NCBI GenBank assembly: GCA_965204925.1
Contig: OZ242021.1
Coordinates: forward strand, 1,420,000-1,483,999
DNA from: Candidatus Poriferihabitaceae bacterium
GTDB lineage: Bacteria > Pseudomonadota > Gammaproteobacteria > Arenicellales > Poriferihabitantaceae
DNA length: 64,000 nucleotides
Direction: 5' to 3'
This document shows positions 20,748 through 29,993 of the stretch, piece by piece; within the stretch, counting starts at the first letter, position 1, and each line of letters starts with the position of its first letter. The notes beneath the pieces were generated by a model that was not told the DNA's origin, ran no database searches, and was given only the letters and a program-made list of their open reading frames with translations. The translations under genes were made by a program, and so were the position numbers.

Positions 20748-21977
20748 ATGACAAAAAAAACAGGCGGTCTGGTGGTTGGGCTTGATATTGGAACGTCGAA
20801 GGTACTGATAGTCGTGGCCGAGGTTGATGAAAAAGGCGAAATGAATGTGATCGGTATTGGTCATCAGCCTGCATGCGGATTGCGCAAAGGCGTCGTTGCC
20901 GATATCGAGTCTACCGTCCATTCAATCAAGGGAGCGGTTGAGGATGCACAGGCCATGGCGAACTGTCAGATTTATTCCGTCTGTGCCGGAGTTGCCGGCA
21001 CCCATATCAGCAGTATCCATTCTCATGGTGTAGTGGCCATACAGGATAACGAAGTTACGCAAGGAGACATAGAAAGGGTCATAGACGCCGCCAAGGCCAT
21101 GGCCATTCCCAACGGTCAACAAATTCTTCATGTTCTGCCCCGGGAATTTGTCATTGACGGCCAGGACGGTATTCGCAAGCCGGCAGGAATGTGCGGGGTG
21201 CGCATGGAAGTCAGGGTACACATCATTACTGGCGCAATCAGCGCCGTGCAGAACATCGCAAAATGTGTGCGGCGGTGCGGGCTGGAAGTGGATGACATTA
21301 TTCCCGAGCCGGTGGCTTCCGCTGAAACGGTCCTGACCGGAGACGAGAGGGAATTGGGGGTGTGCATGGTTGATATTGGCGGTGGAACGACGGACATCGC
21401 GATTTTTCACGAAGGCACGATCAGTCATGCCGTGGTGGTCCCGGTTGCCGGCAACCAGGTGACAAACGATATTGCAGTCGCATTCCACACCTCGACCCAG
21501 GCCGCCAATGAAATCAAGATGAAATACGGCTGTACTCTCGCGCAGCTGGTAGAGGGAGATCAGATGATCGAAATTCCGGGTATGGGCGGACGGCCGTCGA
21601 GAACCTTGTCGAGAAGAAGCCTGGCCGATGTTATTGAGCCGCGCATGGAAGAACTGCTGCTTCTGGTACAGGAGGAGATCCGCAAAAGCGGGTACGAAAG
21701 TGTAATCGGTTCGGGAGTCGTCATAACCGGAGGGACGTCGAGGCTGGAAGGTATCGTTGAGCTGGCCGAGGAAATCTTCCATTTACCGGTCCGTCAGGGA
21801 CTTTCAGACTATGCAGGCAAACATCATGAAATGATTCGGAACCCGATTTATTCCACAGCAATGGGGCTGGTTCAGTTCGCTTGTCTGAACCGCCCGGGAA
21901 TTGCACAAAAAGCCCCGCAGACCAACGTTGCATCGCTGTTCACAAGGCTGAAGAAATGGGCAAGAGAGAGTTTGTGA
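20748..21977 (+). CDS. ftsA: Cell division protein FtsA
   Basis: Internal ATG. Actin-fold motifs VGLDIGTSKVLIVVAEV and VDIGGGTTDIAIF. Confidence 0.95.
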   Translation: MTKKTGGLVVGLDIGTSKVLIVVAEVDEKGEMNVIGIGHQPACGLRKGVVADIESTVHSIKGAVEDAQAMANCQIYSVCAGVAGTHISSIHSHGVVAIQDNEVTQGDIERVIDAAKAMAIPNGQQILHVLPREFVIDGQDGIRKPAGMCGVRMEVRVHIITGAISAVQNIAKCVRRCGLEVDDIIPEPVASAETVLTGDERELGVCMVDIGGGTTDIAIFHEGTISHAVVVPVAGNQVTNDIAVAFHTSTQAANEIKMKYGCTLAQLVEGDQMIEIPGMGGRPSRTLSRRSLADVIEPRMEELLLLVQEEIRKSGYESVIGSGVVITGGTSRLEGIVELAEEIFHLPVRQGLSDYAGKHHEMIRNPIYSTAMGLVQFACLNRPGIAQKAPQTNVASLFTRLKKWARESL

Positions 21978-22046
21978 CGACAAATGCCGGGGCATATACA
22001 GACAACAATTTTTGAATTTTTACATACACTATCAGGAGTCAGGAAA

Positions 22047-23201
22047 ATGTTTGAATTGGTAGATACATTGAATCAACAGGCAACGATCAAGGTCATCGGG
22101 GTCGGCGGCGGCGGCGGCAATGCGGTCGAGCATATGATTGAGTCGCGGCTTGCAGAGGTCGAGTTCATCAGCGCTAATACGGATGAGCAGGTATTGGCGA
22201 AGTCGAACGCCAATACGGTCCTTCGGCTTGGAGAGAGTCTGACCAAGGGGCTTGGCGCCGGCGCCAACCCGGAGGTGGGGCGTCAGGCAGCGCTGGAGGA
22301 CCGCGAGCGTATCGGCGAGGTCATCGACGGGGCGGACATGATCTTTATTACCGCGGGTATGGGCGGAGGTACAGGAACGGGCGCTGCGCCCGTCATTGCC
22401 GAGGTCGCCCGCGAAAAAGAAGCGCTGACCGTAGCTGTGGTGACACGCCCCTTCCCTTTTGAGGGACAGAAACGCAAGGTGATTGCCAACCGGGGCATTG
22501 AAGAGCTCCAGGATTTCGTGGATTCGCTGATTATCATTCCCAACGAGAAAATCCTGGCAGTCATGGGACAGAATACCCCGCTGAGCGCTGCCTTCAAAAA
22601 TGCCAATGAGGTCCTGTTCAATGCAGTCCAGGGAATATCCGACCTCATTACCCGTCCGGGTATGATCAACGTCGATTTTGCGGATGTCAGGACAGTCATG
22701 GCGGAAATGGGCATGGCGATGATGGGGTCATCCACAATGTCCGGTGAAAACCGCGCGGCGGAAGCGGCCAGAAGAGCTATTTCCAGTCCATTTCTCGAAG
22801 AGGTCGACCTGAAAGGCGCGAAGGGATTGCTGGTCAATATTACTGCCGAGCCGGACATAACCATTGGTGAGTATGAAACGGTGGGCAACATCATTCATGA
22901 GTATGCGGCATTGGACGCCAATGTGGTTATTGGCGTGGGATTCGATCATGAGATGCAGGGTAATTTGAGAGTCACGATGGTGGCGACCGGGCTTGGTGGC
23001 GGCCGAACTTCGGAGAACCCCGGCGCGGGAGCACGTCTGGTTCCACTTGTTCCGCCGGTTCGGGCCCCCAGGGCCGCCAGCAATTCAAAACCTCATGATA
23101 TGCTGACGAGAGGATCGGGCAATCCCGGGACGGCGGGGCAAACCCAGTTGGATATGGACGACTACGATATCCCCGCATTTCTCCGGAAACAGGCGGATTA
23201 G
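22047..23201 (+). CDS. ftsZ: Cell division GTPase FtsZ
   Basis: ATG preceded by AGGAGTCAGGA. Motifs VIGVGGGGGNAV and the tubulin signature GMGGGTGTGAAPVIA. C-terminal peptide DIPAFLRKQAD. Confidence 0.97.
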   Translation: MFELVDTLNQQATIKVIGVGGGGGNAVEHMIESRLAEVEFISANTDEQVLAKSNANTVLRLGESLTKGLGAGANPEVGRQAALEDRERIGEVIDGADMIFITAGMGGGTGTGAAPVIAEVAREKEALTVAVVTRPFPFEGQKRKVIANRGIEELQDFVDSLIIIPNEKILAVMGQNTPLSAAFKNANEVLFNAVQGISDLITRPGMINVDFADVRTVMAEMGMAMMGSSTMSGENRAAEAARRAISSPFLEEVDLKGAKGLLVNITAEPDITIGEYETVGNIIHEYAALDANVVIGVGFDHEMQGNLRVTMVATGLGGGRTSENPGAGARLVPLVPPVRAPRAASNSKPHDMLTRGSGNPGTAGQTQLDMDDYDIPAFLRKQAD

Positions 23202-23352
23202 CCGAAACTGTACAATATTTTAATGTGTATTCAGGAATAAATCAGGTAAATTTAGTCGCGTGCGTGCAAGAAAAACCGGTTCAATTTGGCAGGATTTTGG
23301 AGTATTATCCACCTTTTTGTTCCGATGACAATTCGACTGGAACCGTGATTAA

Positions 23353-24264
23353 ATGATCAGACAACGCACCCTGAAAAATGTTATCCACGCTACCGGCATA
23401 GGCTTGCATACTGGCGAGAAAGTCTACCTCACCCTTGAGCCGGCTCCTGTTGATACGGGGATCGTATTCAAGCGTGTTGACCTTGATCCTGTCGTCAGTA
23501 TCGTGGCCCGCCCGGAAAATGTCAGCGATACCCGTCTGTCCACATCGCTGGAAAAACAGGGTGTCAAGATTTCCACGGTAGAGCATTTGATGTCCGCGTT
23601 TTCGGGGTTGGGAATTGATAACGTATATGTCGAGTTGAGCGCGCCCGAGGTTCCAATCATGGACGGTAGCGCCGGGCCTTTTGTTTTCCTGTTGCAGTCT
23701 GCCGGCATCCTCGAACAGAACAAGCCGAAGAGATTCATTCTCATCCGCAAACCGGTGCGTGTCAACGAGGGCGACAAATGGGCCCGCCTGGAACCATTCA
23801 ACGGATTCAAGGTCTCATTCGCCATTGATTTCAACCACCCGATCCTGAAGAACTCTGTGCAAATGGCGACGGTCGATTTGTCGACAACGTCGTTTGTAAA
23901 GGAGGTTAGCCGGGCCAGGACTTTCGGGTTCATTGACGAACTGGAGTCGTTGAGGGCGGCAGGACTGGTACAGGGCGGAAGTTATGATAACGCCATCGTA
24001 ATGGACGGGTTTCATATCCTCAATGATGACGGATTGCGTTACGAAGACGAGTTCGTCAAGCACAAGATTCTTGATGGCATTGGCGACCTGTATCTTCTTG
24101 GAGCGCCATTGATCGGCGCGTTCAGCGCCTGGAAATCAGGGCATAACCTGAACAACAAGTTGCTACGCAAACTGGTGGCAACGAAAAGCGCATGGGAGAT
24201 TGTGACTTTTACCGATGAAGCCGACGCTCCGGTTCCTTATCATCAACCGGCAGTCGCTATTTGA
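23353..24264 (+). CDS. lpxC: UDP-3-O-acyl-GlcNAc deacetylase
   Basis: 303 aa with [23 protein letters not shown] and [14 protein letters not shown]. Confidence 0.95.
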   Translation: MIRQRTLKNVIHATGIGLHTGEKVYLTLEPAPVDTGIVFKRVDLDPVVSIVARPENVSDTRLSTSLEKQGVKISTVEHLMSAFSGLGIDNVYVELSAPEVPIMDGSAGPFVFLLQSAGILEQNKPKRFILIRKPVRVNEGDKWARLEPFNGFKVSFAIDFNHPILKNSVQMATVDLSTTSFVKEVSRARTFGFIDELESLRAAGLVQGGSYDNAIVMDGFHILNDDGLRYEDEFVKHKILDGIGDLYLLGAPLIGAFSAWKSGHNLNNKLLRKLVATKSAWEIVTFTDEADAPVPYHQPAVAI

Positions 24265-24483
24265 CCGGAGCCTTGTGCGTATGCCGCATTATCGCCTGAT
24301 CGGCGCGTTCAGCGCCTGGAAATCAGGGCATAACCTGAACAACAAGTTGCTACGCAAACTGGTGGCAACGAAAAGCGCATGGGAGATTGTGACTTTTACC
24401 GATGAAGCCGACGCTCCGGTTCCTTATCATCAACCGGCAGTCGCTATTTGACCGGAGCCTTGTGCGTATGCCGCATTATCGCC
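24110..24483. repeat. Perfect 2 x 187-bp tandem direct duplication spanning the lpxC 3' end, its stop and 32 bp of downstream spacer
   Basis: Units 24110-24296 and 24297-24483 read identically base for base (tgatcggcgcgttcagcgcc...ccgcattatcgcc). The flanking bases differ, so the unit boundaries are exact. Confidence 0.9.
24297..24451 (+). pseudogene. Duplicated lpxC 3' fragment (last 51 codons plus stop)
   Basis: It encodes [51 protein letters not shown], identical to the LpxC C-terminus. It is reachable only as the tail of the chimeric 78-aa ORF 24215..24451, which starts out of frame inside lpxC. Confidence 0.75.
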
Positions 24484-24985
24484 GCGTCGACTTGTCGGCA
24501 AGCCGGTAAAGCGCCTCTCCCAATTCCTGGTGGCCCAGTTTCCGGGAAATGCTTTTCATCGTTTTGGCATGTTGGGCAGGGATCGGGTTTGTTGACCGCG
24601 CCGGCCGGTCATGCTGAGCGGAAATTGGGCCGGATGGTAACGTTTTTGCTTCCAGAATCACGATCCTGAAACCCGATTCGTTGAGCTGGCGGATCAGGGA
24701 CGGGGTTTGGTGCCTGATTTGTGTTGCCCAGATCGGGCTGTCGCAAAAAACCACGAGGCGCCCGGATCGGTACCACAGAAGTCGGGTATAGGGAGCTGCG
24801 ATACCGGCATGTTGCAGCCAGAATTCATGCAAGGATTGTTGGGAAATTTCATCTGCCGGTGAATCAACACCTTCTGGCAAAACGCTCCTTACTATCTGTG
24901 AAATCCGCCTGAATGGTTGCATTGACGCTGAAATAGTCTTGTCCGCGAGTATATCTGGCATAATTGCGCCGATCGGAATAATCAT
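24476..24985 (-). CDS. DUF721 / DciA-like protein
   Basis: Only the C-terminal 169 aa of ORF 24476..25255 are credible, because the N-terminal 90 aa are antisense to secA. The sequence [33 protein letters not shown] fits the DUF721 pattern. The lpxC-secA position is conserved in many proteobacteria. Start at 24985 or 24961. Confidence 0.65.
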   Translation of the reverse strand: MIIPIGAIMPDILADKTISASMQPFRRISQIVRSVLPEGVDSPADEISQQSLHEFWLQHAGIAAPYTRLLWYRSGRLVVFCDSPIWATQIRHQTPSLIRQLNESGFRIVILEAKTLPSGPISAQHDRPARSTNPIPAQHAKTMKSISRKLGHQELGEALYRLADKSTRR

Positions 24986-24994
24986 ACTGTTTAT

Positions 24995-27730
24995 ATGCTG
25001 CAAAGTGTATTGAAAAAAGTTTTTGGAGACCGTAACCAGCGTTTGCTCAGGCGTCTGGGTAAAACGGTTGCCAGGATCAATGCCATGGAAGATTCCCTGA
25101 AGCGCTTGAGCGACAGCGAACTGGCCGGCAAGACTCGCGAGTTCCGCAAACGCGCGGTTGACGGCGCCCGTGTCGATGATTTGCTGGCCGAGGCCTTTGC
25201 CGTAGTCCGCGAAGTCTCGGTGCGCACCACCTCTCTGCGCCATTTTGATGTGCAACTGGTGGGCGGCATGGTCTTGAACGAAGGCAAGATTGCAGAGATG
25301 AAAACGGGTGAAGGCAAAACCCTTGTTGCCACACTTCCCGCTTATCTCAATGCGGTCTTCGGCTCACCGGTGCACGTGGTGACGGTGAACAGTTATCTGG
25401 CACAGCGCGACGCCGAGTGGATGGGCAAGATTTATTCTTTTCTGGGGCTTGAAGTCGGCGTGATTCATTCCGGACAGCGTCGCGAGGAGAAGAAACAGGC
25501 TTATCAATGCGATGTTGTCTATGGCACCAACAACGAGTTCGGATTCGACTATCTGCGCGATAACATGGCGTTCTCCAGTGAAGACCGTTTCCAGAAAGGG
25601 TTGGGCTTTGCGATCGTGGATGAAGTGGATTCGATTCTGATTGATGAAGCGCGAACCCCCCTGATTATTTCCGGGCCGGCGGAGGAGAGTACCGATTTAT
25701 ATTCGAAAATAGACAAGATCATTCCCGTTCTGGCTGCCCAGCGGGCCGCGGAAGGGCCGGGCGACTTCAGTGTCGATGAAAAATCCAGACAGATTACGCT
25801 GACTGAGGAGGGGCATGAGCGATGTGAATCCCTGCTGACCAGAGCGGGATTGCTCGAAGCGGGTAGCAGCCTGTATGAATCTTCCAATATCAGCCTGCTG
25901 CATCATCTCCATGCGGCGTTGCGGGCGCATAACCTGTTCACCCGCGATGTCGATTACATTGTGCGCGATAACGCGATTGTCATTATAGATGAATTTACCG
26001 GGCGCATGATGCCGGGCAGGCGCTGGTCCGAGGGCTTGCATCAGGCTGTGGAAGCGAAAGAAGGGGTGTTCGTTCAACAGGAGAACCAGACCCTGGCATC
26101 GATCACGTTCCAGAATTACTTCCGGCTGTACGACAAGTTGTCCGGCATGACCGGAACCGCGGATACCGAAGCGCCTGAATTTCTCCAGATATATGGTCTG
26201 GAAGTCGTGATCATTCCAACCAACGAGGAGATGCGCAGGGAAGATTTCCCCGATCTGGTTTATCGCACCACAACAGAGAAATATACCGCAATCTGTCGGG
26301 AGATAGACGAGTGCCGCGCCAGGAATCAACCCGTTCTGGTTGGAACGGCATCGATCGAGTCTTCCGAACGGCTCGGGGAAGTCCTCGCCGGGAAGAAAAT
26401 AGAGCATCGCATTCTGAACGCCAGGCACCACAGCAAGGAGGCGGAGATTATCGCGGAGGCCGGACGTCCGGGGACGGTCACGATCGCCACCAACATGGCG
26501 GGGCGCGGTACGGATATTGTCCTCGGAGGCAATCTGGATATGGAACTGGTCAGGCTGGAAACGGACTCGGAGAAAGAAGCGGCGCGCGCGCAATGGGAGG
26601 AGCGCCACAATCAGGTCATTGCGGCGGGAGGGTTGCATGTGCTGGGCACTGAACGTAACGAGTCTCGGCGAGTAGACAACCAGTTACGGGGGCGGTGTGG
26701 ACGCCAGGGTGACCCGGGGACGAGCCGGTTCTTTTTATCTCTGGAAGATAATCTGATGAGGATTTTCGGTTCCGGCAAGATAGCCGGGCTGATGGAGAAG
26801 ATGGGAATGGATGAAGGCGAGGCAATCGAGCATCCGTGGGTGACTCGCGCTATTGAAAATGCCCAGAAAAAGGTCGAGGGTCATAACTTCGACATGCGCA
26901 AGCAATTGCTGGAGTATGACGATGTCGCCAATGAACAACGCAAGATAATCTACGAACAACGAAATGATCTGATGGAGACGGAAGATATATCGGATTACAT
27001 CAACTATTCCCGTGAGGAGGTGGTCAACGAAGTTGTCGATCGCAGTATTCAACCGCAGACCCTGGAAGAGCAGTGGAACATCGAATCGCTGGAGAAGGAT
27101 ATTCTGTCGGTGTTCGGATTGAAACTCGGGATACGGAAATGGCTGGATGAGGACGATAACCTGCACGAAGAACCCTTGCGTGCAAAAATTCTTCAATCCA
27201 TCGTCGATATGGCTCGTTCCGCGGAAAGCCGGGTCGGCAGTGAAAATATGCGCCACTTCGAGAAACAGATCATGCTGAAAGCGCTTGACGAGCAATGGAA
27301 AGAGCATCTGGCCAACATGGATTATCTCAGGCAGGGTATCGGGCTGCGCGGCTATGCGCAGAAAAACCCCAAGCAGGAATACAAGCGCGAAGCGTTTCAA
27401 ATGTTCAATGCGTTGCTGGAGTCGATCAAGCATGACGTGATCAGTATTCTGGCGAAAGTCCGGGCGCCGTCCGAACAGGAAATGATCGAGATGGAAGAGC
27501 GGCTTCGCCAGCGGCAGCACAAGGAAGAATCGGTCCGCTATGTCCACGAGCAGGCAGAAGCGCCTGCGCAGCCTGGGCAGAACCGCGCCCAGCCTGCGCA
27601 GGAGCAGGGCCAGCCCCGCAGCCTGCGCTCCGTGCAGCCTTATGTCAGGACGGGCAGGAAAGTGGGCAGGAACGAGCCCTGTCCCTGTGGATCGGGCAAA
27701 AAGTACAAACAGTGCCATGGTCGCATTTGA
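24995..27730 (+). CDS. secA: Preprotein translocase ATPase SecA
   Basis: 911 aa with [32 protein letters not shown] and [11 protein letters not shown]-terminal Zn-finger [14 protein letters not shown]. Confidence 0.98.
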   Translation: MLQSVLKKVFGDRNQRLLRRLGKTVARINAMEDSLKRLSDSELAGKTREFRKRAVDGARVDDLLAEAFAVVREVSVRTTSLRHFDVQLVGGMVLNEGKIAEMKTGEGKTLVATLPAYLNAVFGSPVHVVTVNSYLAQRDAEWMGKIYSFLGLEVGVIHSGQRREEKKQAYQCDVVYGTNNEFGFDYLRDNMAFSSEDRFQKGLGFAIVDEVDSILIDEARTPLIISGPAEESTDLYSKIDKIIPVLAAQRAAEGPGDFSVDEKSRQITLTEEGHERCESLLTRAGLLEAGSSLYESSNISLLHHLHAALRAHNLFTRDVDYIVRDNAIVIIDEFTGRMMPGRRWSEGLHQAVEAKEGVFVQQENQTLASITFQNYFRLYDKLSGMTGTADTEAPEFLQIYGLEVVIIPTNEEMRREDFPDLVYRTTTEKYTAICREIDECRARNQPVLVGTASIESSERLGEVLAGKKIEHRILNARHHSKEAEIIAEAGRPGTVTIATNMAGRGTDIVLGGNLDMELVRLETDSEKEAARAQWEERHNQVIAAGGLHVLGTERNESRRVDNQLRGRCGRQGDPGTSRFFLSLEDNLMRIFGSGKIAGLMEKMGMDEGEAIEHPWVTRAIENAQKKVEGHNFDMRKQLLEYDDVANEQRKIIYEQRNDLMETEDISDYINYSREEVVNEVVDRSIQPQTLEEQWNIESLEKDILSVFGLKLGIRKWLDEDDNLHEEPLRAKILQSIVDMARSAESRVGSENMRHFEKQIMLKALDEQWKEHLANMDYLRQGIGLRGYAQKNPKQEYKREAFQMFNALLESIKHDVISILAKVRAPSEQEMIEMEERLRQRQHKEESVRYVHEQAEAPAQPGQNRAQPAQEQGQPRSLRSVQPYVRTGRKVGRNEPCPCGSGKKYKQCHGRI

Positions 27731-27741
27731 TGGGCTGACCG

Positions 27742-28965
27742 ATGGAAATCTCCCCTCTGGCGCCGCCCTGCTTCCCCGACCTTGAACACATAGCGGGTGT
27801 TCGTCTCTCGGTTGCGGCAGCCGGCATCAAGTATCCGGACCGGCACGACCTCATGCTGGCGCGGTTTGCGTCCTCTACTACTGTGGCCGGGGTTCTGACC
27901 CGTTCAAAAACCGCCAGCGCTCCCGTGTTGATGTGCCGCGAGCATTTGCGAGGGGGTCGGGCTGGCGCCCTCATTGTCAATTCGGGGAATGCCAACGCAT
28001 GTACCGGACAAGCCGGGGCGCTTCATTGCCGGATCATTTGCGAGGCGCTGGCGGACTCGCTGGGCTGCGACACCGGGGAAATTTTTATGGCGTCTACGGG
28101 GGTGATCGGAGAGCGGTTGCCGATACAGAGAATCAGAAACGTCCTTGCCGGATTGTGCGGCGGTCCGGCTGTCCGTTTCGAGGATGCGGCGCGCGCGATC
28201 ATGACCACCGATACCTTTGCAAAAGGGGCGGGAAGGACGAGCAATATCGGGGACACCCGCGTGCGAATCTGCGGGATTGCCAAGGGTTCCGGCATGATTG
28301 AGCCGGATATGGCGACCCTGCTGGCTTTCGTTTTTACCGACGCCCGGATTCCTGCCCGCCTGCTGCAAGCGCTGTTGCAAGATGCCAATGCCAATTCCTT
28401 CAATGCCATCACCGTCGATAGTGATACGTCAACCAGCGACACCTGTCTGTTGTTCGCGACCGGGAAAGCGGGCAATGCGGCTCCTTCCAGCATTGAAGAC
28501 GTTTCCCTCGACCGCTTCCAGCGCGATTTGCGAGCCTTGATGCTGGACCTGGCCGGGCAGGTCGTTCGGGACGGGGAAGGAGCAACAAAGCTGATCGAGG
28601 TGCGGGTAACGGGGGGCGCGGATGATACTGCCGCCAGGATGATCGCGAAATCGATCGCGAACTCGCCGCTGGTCAAAACGGCCATTGCCGGCGAAGACGC
28701 GAATTGGGGGCGAATTGTGATGGCGGTCGGCAAGGCGGGGATGCAGGTAGACTGCGACCGGCTCAGTATCAGCATGGGGGGCATTGCCATCGCCCGCAAC
28801 GGTCAGGTAGTCGAGGGCTATGATGAAAAGCGGGTTACCGCGCACTTGCAAGGACAGGATATCCGCATTGATGTGGATGTTGGCGTTGGCGCCAGTGAAT
28901 CCGTGGTGCGGACCTGCGACTTGACCCATGGCTATATCACGATTAATGCCGACTACCGATCCTGA
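27742..28965 (+). CDS. argJ: Bifunctional ornithine acetyltransferase / N-acetylglutamate synthase
   Basis: 407 aa with the autoprocessing site region PDMATLLAFVFTDA and a typical ...NADYRS C-terminus. Confidence 0.92.
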   Translation: MEISPLAPPCFPDLEHIAGVRLSVAAAGIKYPDRHDLMLARFASSTTVAGVLTRSKTASAPVLMCREHLRGGRAGALIVNSGNANACTGQAGALHCRIICEALADSLGCDTGEIFMASTGVIGERLPIQRIRNVLAGLCGGPAVRFEDAARAIMTTDTFAKGAGRTSNIGDTRVRICGIAKGSGMIEPDMATLLAFVFTDARIPARLLQALLQDANANSFNAITVDSDTSTSDTCLLFATGKAGNAAPSSIEDVSLDRFQRDLRALMLDLAGQVVRDGEGATKLIEVRVTGGADDTAARMIAKSIANSPLVKTAIAGEDANWGRIVMAVGKAGMQVDCDRLSISMGGIAIARNGQVVEGYDEKRVTAHLQGQDIRIDVDVGVGASESVVRTCDLTHGYITINADYRS

Positions 28966-29356
28966 CCGTATCCATGTCGCTGTTGGCGTTATACAAAATA
29001 GCGCCGGTGAACTGCTGATCCAGCAGCGTTTGCCCGGTCGCCCCTGTGCCGGGCAGTGGGAATTTCCGGGTGGAAAAATCGAAATGGGTGAATCGCCGGA
29101 AAGGGCGCTGATTCGTGAATTGGGGGAAGAGCTCGGGATTGTCGTTTCCGCTGTTTCCCGGTTTCTGCGCCACTGCCACGATTATGATCATGCCAGCGTG
29201 CTGTTGCATGTTTTTCTGGTGCGGGACTTCGGAGGGCGGGTGGAGAGCCGGGAGGGACAGAATATCAAGTGGAGAACTCTCGCTGAAATCCGGCAAATGA
29301 ATGTGCTGGCGGCGGTCCATCCGATCCTGTCGGCGCTCGATCAATGTCGTAACTGA
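28928..29356 (+). CDS. mutT: 8-oxo-dGTP diphosphatase (MutT-type Nudix)
   Basis: Nudix box GQWEFPGGKIEMGESPERALIRELGEELG. The real start is probably Met7 (28946). Confidence 0.85.
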   Translation: MAISRLMPTTDPDRIHVAVGVIQNSAGELLIQQRLPGRPCAGQWEFPGGKIEMGESPERALIRELGEELGIVVSAVSRFLRHCHDYDHASVLLHVFLVRDFGGRVESREGQNIKWRTLAEIRQMNVLAAVHPILSALDQCRN

Positions 29357-29467
29357 CTACTTGTGTGAAGGCTTGCGAAAGTCAGAGATCTCCGGATGCC
29401 CGACCCCTTAAACCCAGCCTGGTTTTTTAATGGATGAAAACCGGATGGGATTCGGGTAATGTTGCAT

Positions 29468-29495
29468 CACGGAAAGGCCTTCCTCCGTGTTTATT
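29468..29495 (+). terminator. Possible intrinsic terminator of argJ-mutT
   Basis: cacgga-N10-tccgtg (6-bp stem) followed by tttatt. It lies 110 nt after the mutT stop, exactly where base composition drops. Confidence 0.35.
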
Positions 29496-29993
29496 GTAGC
29501 TAACTGAATTATATCGAATGATCAGAGACCTTGCCGGCTCTTTATGCAATATCGGGGTTAATACAATAGGATGATGTTTTGCAAGCAGCAATAGTTTTGA
29601 AAAACAATACAAACTCATTAAAGTCACTATTTTTCGGTTTCTATGAAGCGTTAACCGAAACTCAACTTGAGCCTGTAATTGAAATAGCAGAAAGGGATTT
29701 CAATATTGACTGGGTTCCATACGGAGACATTAATAACTTACAACCGGAATTTCGAAATGAGCTATTCTATGGCCTCACGAGACAGACTCAAGAATGGCAA
29801 TGAATCAAAAAAACCAAGAGAGGAACTTGCCAAGACTCTGGCTCGGGGAAGGCTCAAAGAGATATATAAAGAAAAGTCTTCAAGTCTGCCGTCGAAGGTG
29901 AAAAATGCTGGGACGATCTGCAGGATAAGGCAATAGACTTTGGTTACGAATCAGTTATGTATCCATGGGGCCACAAAAATTTATGGATTGTTT

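Noticed and set aside
29579-29936. Two overlapping small ORFs (74 aa and 76 aa) in the island leader.
   Set aside because: The first starts at a TTG. They are in mutually overlapping frames, with no RBS and no motif. They could be remnants of a decayed gene, but I cannot support a call.
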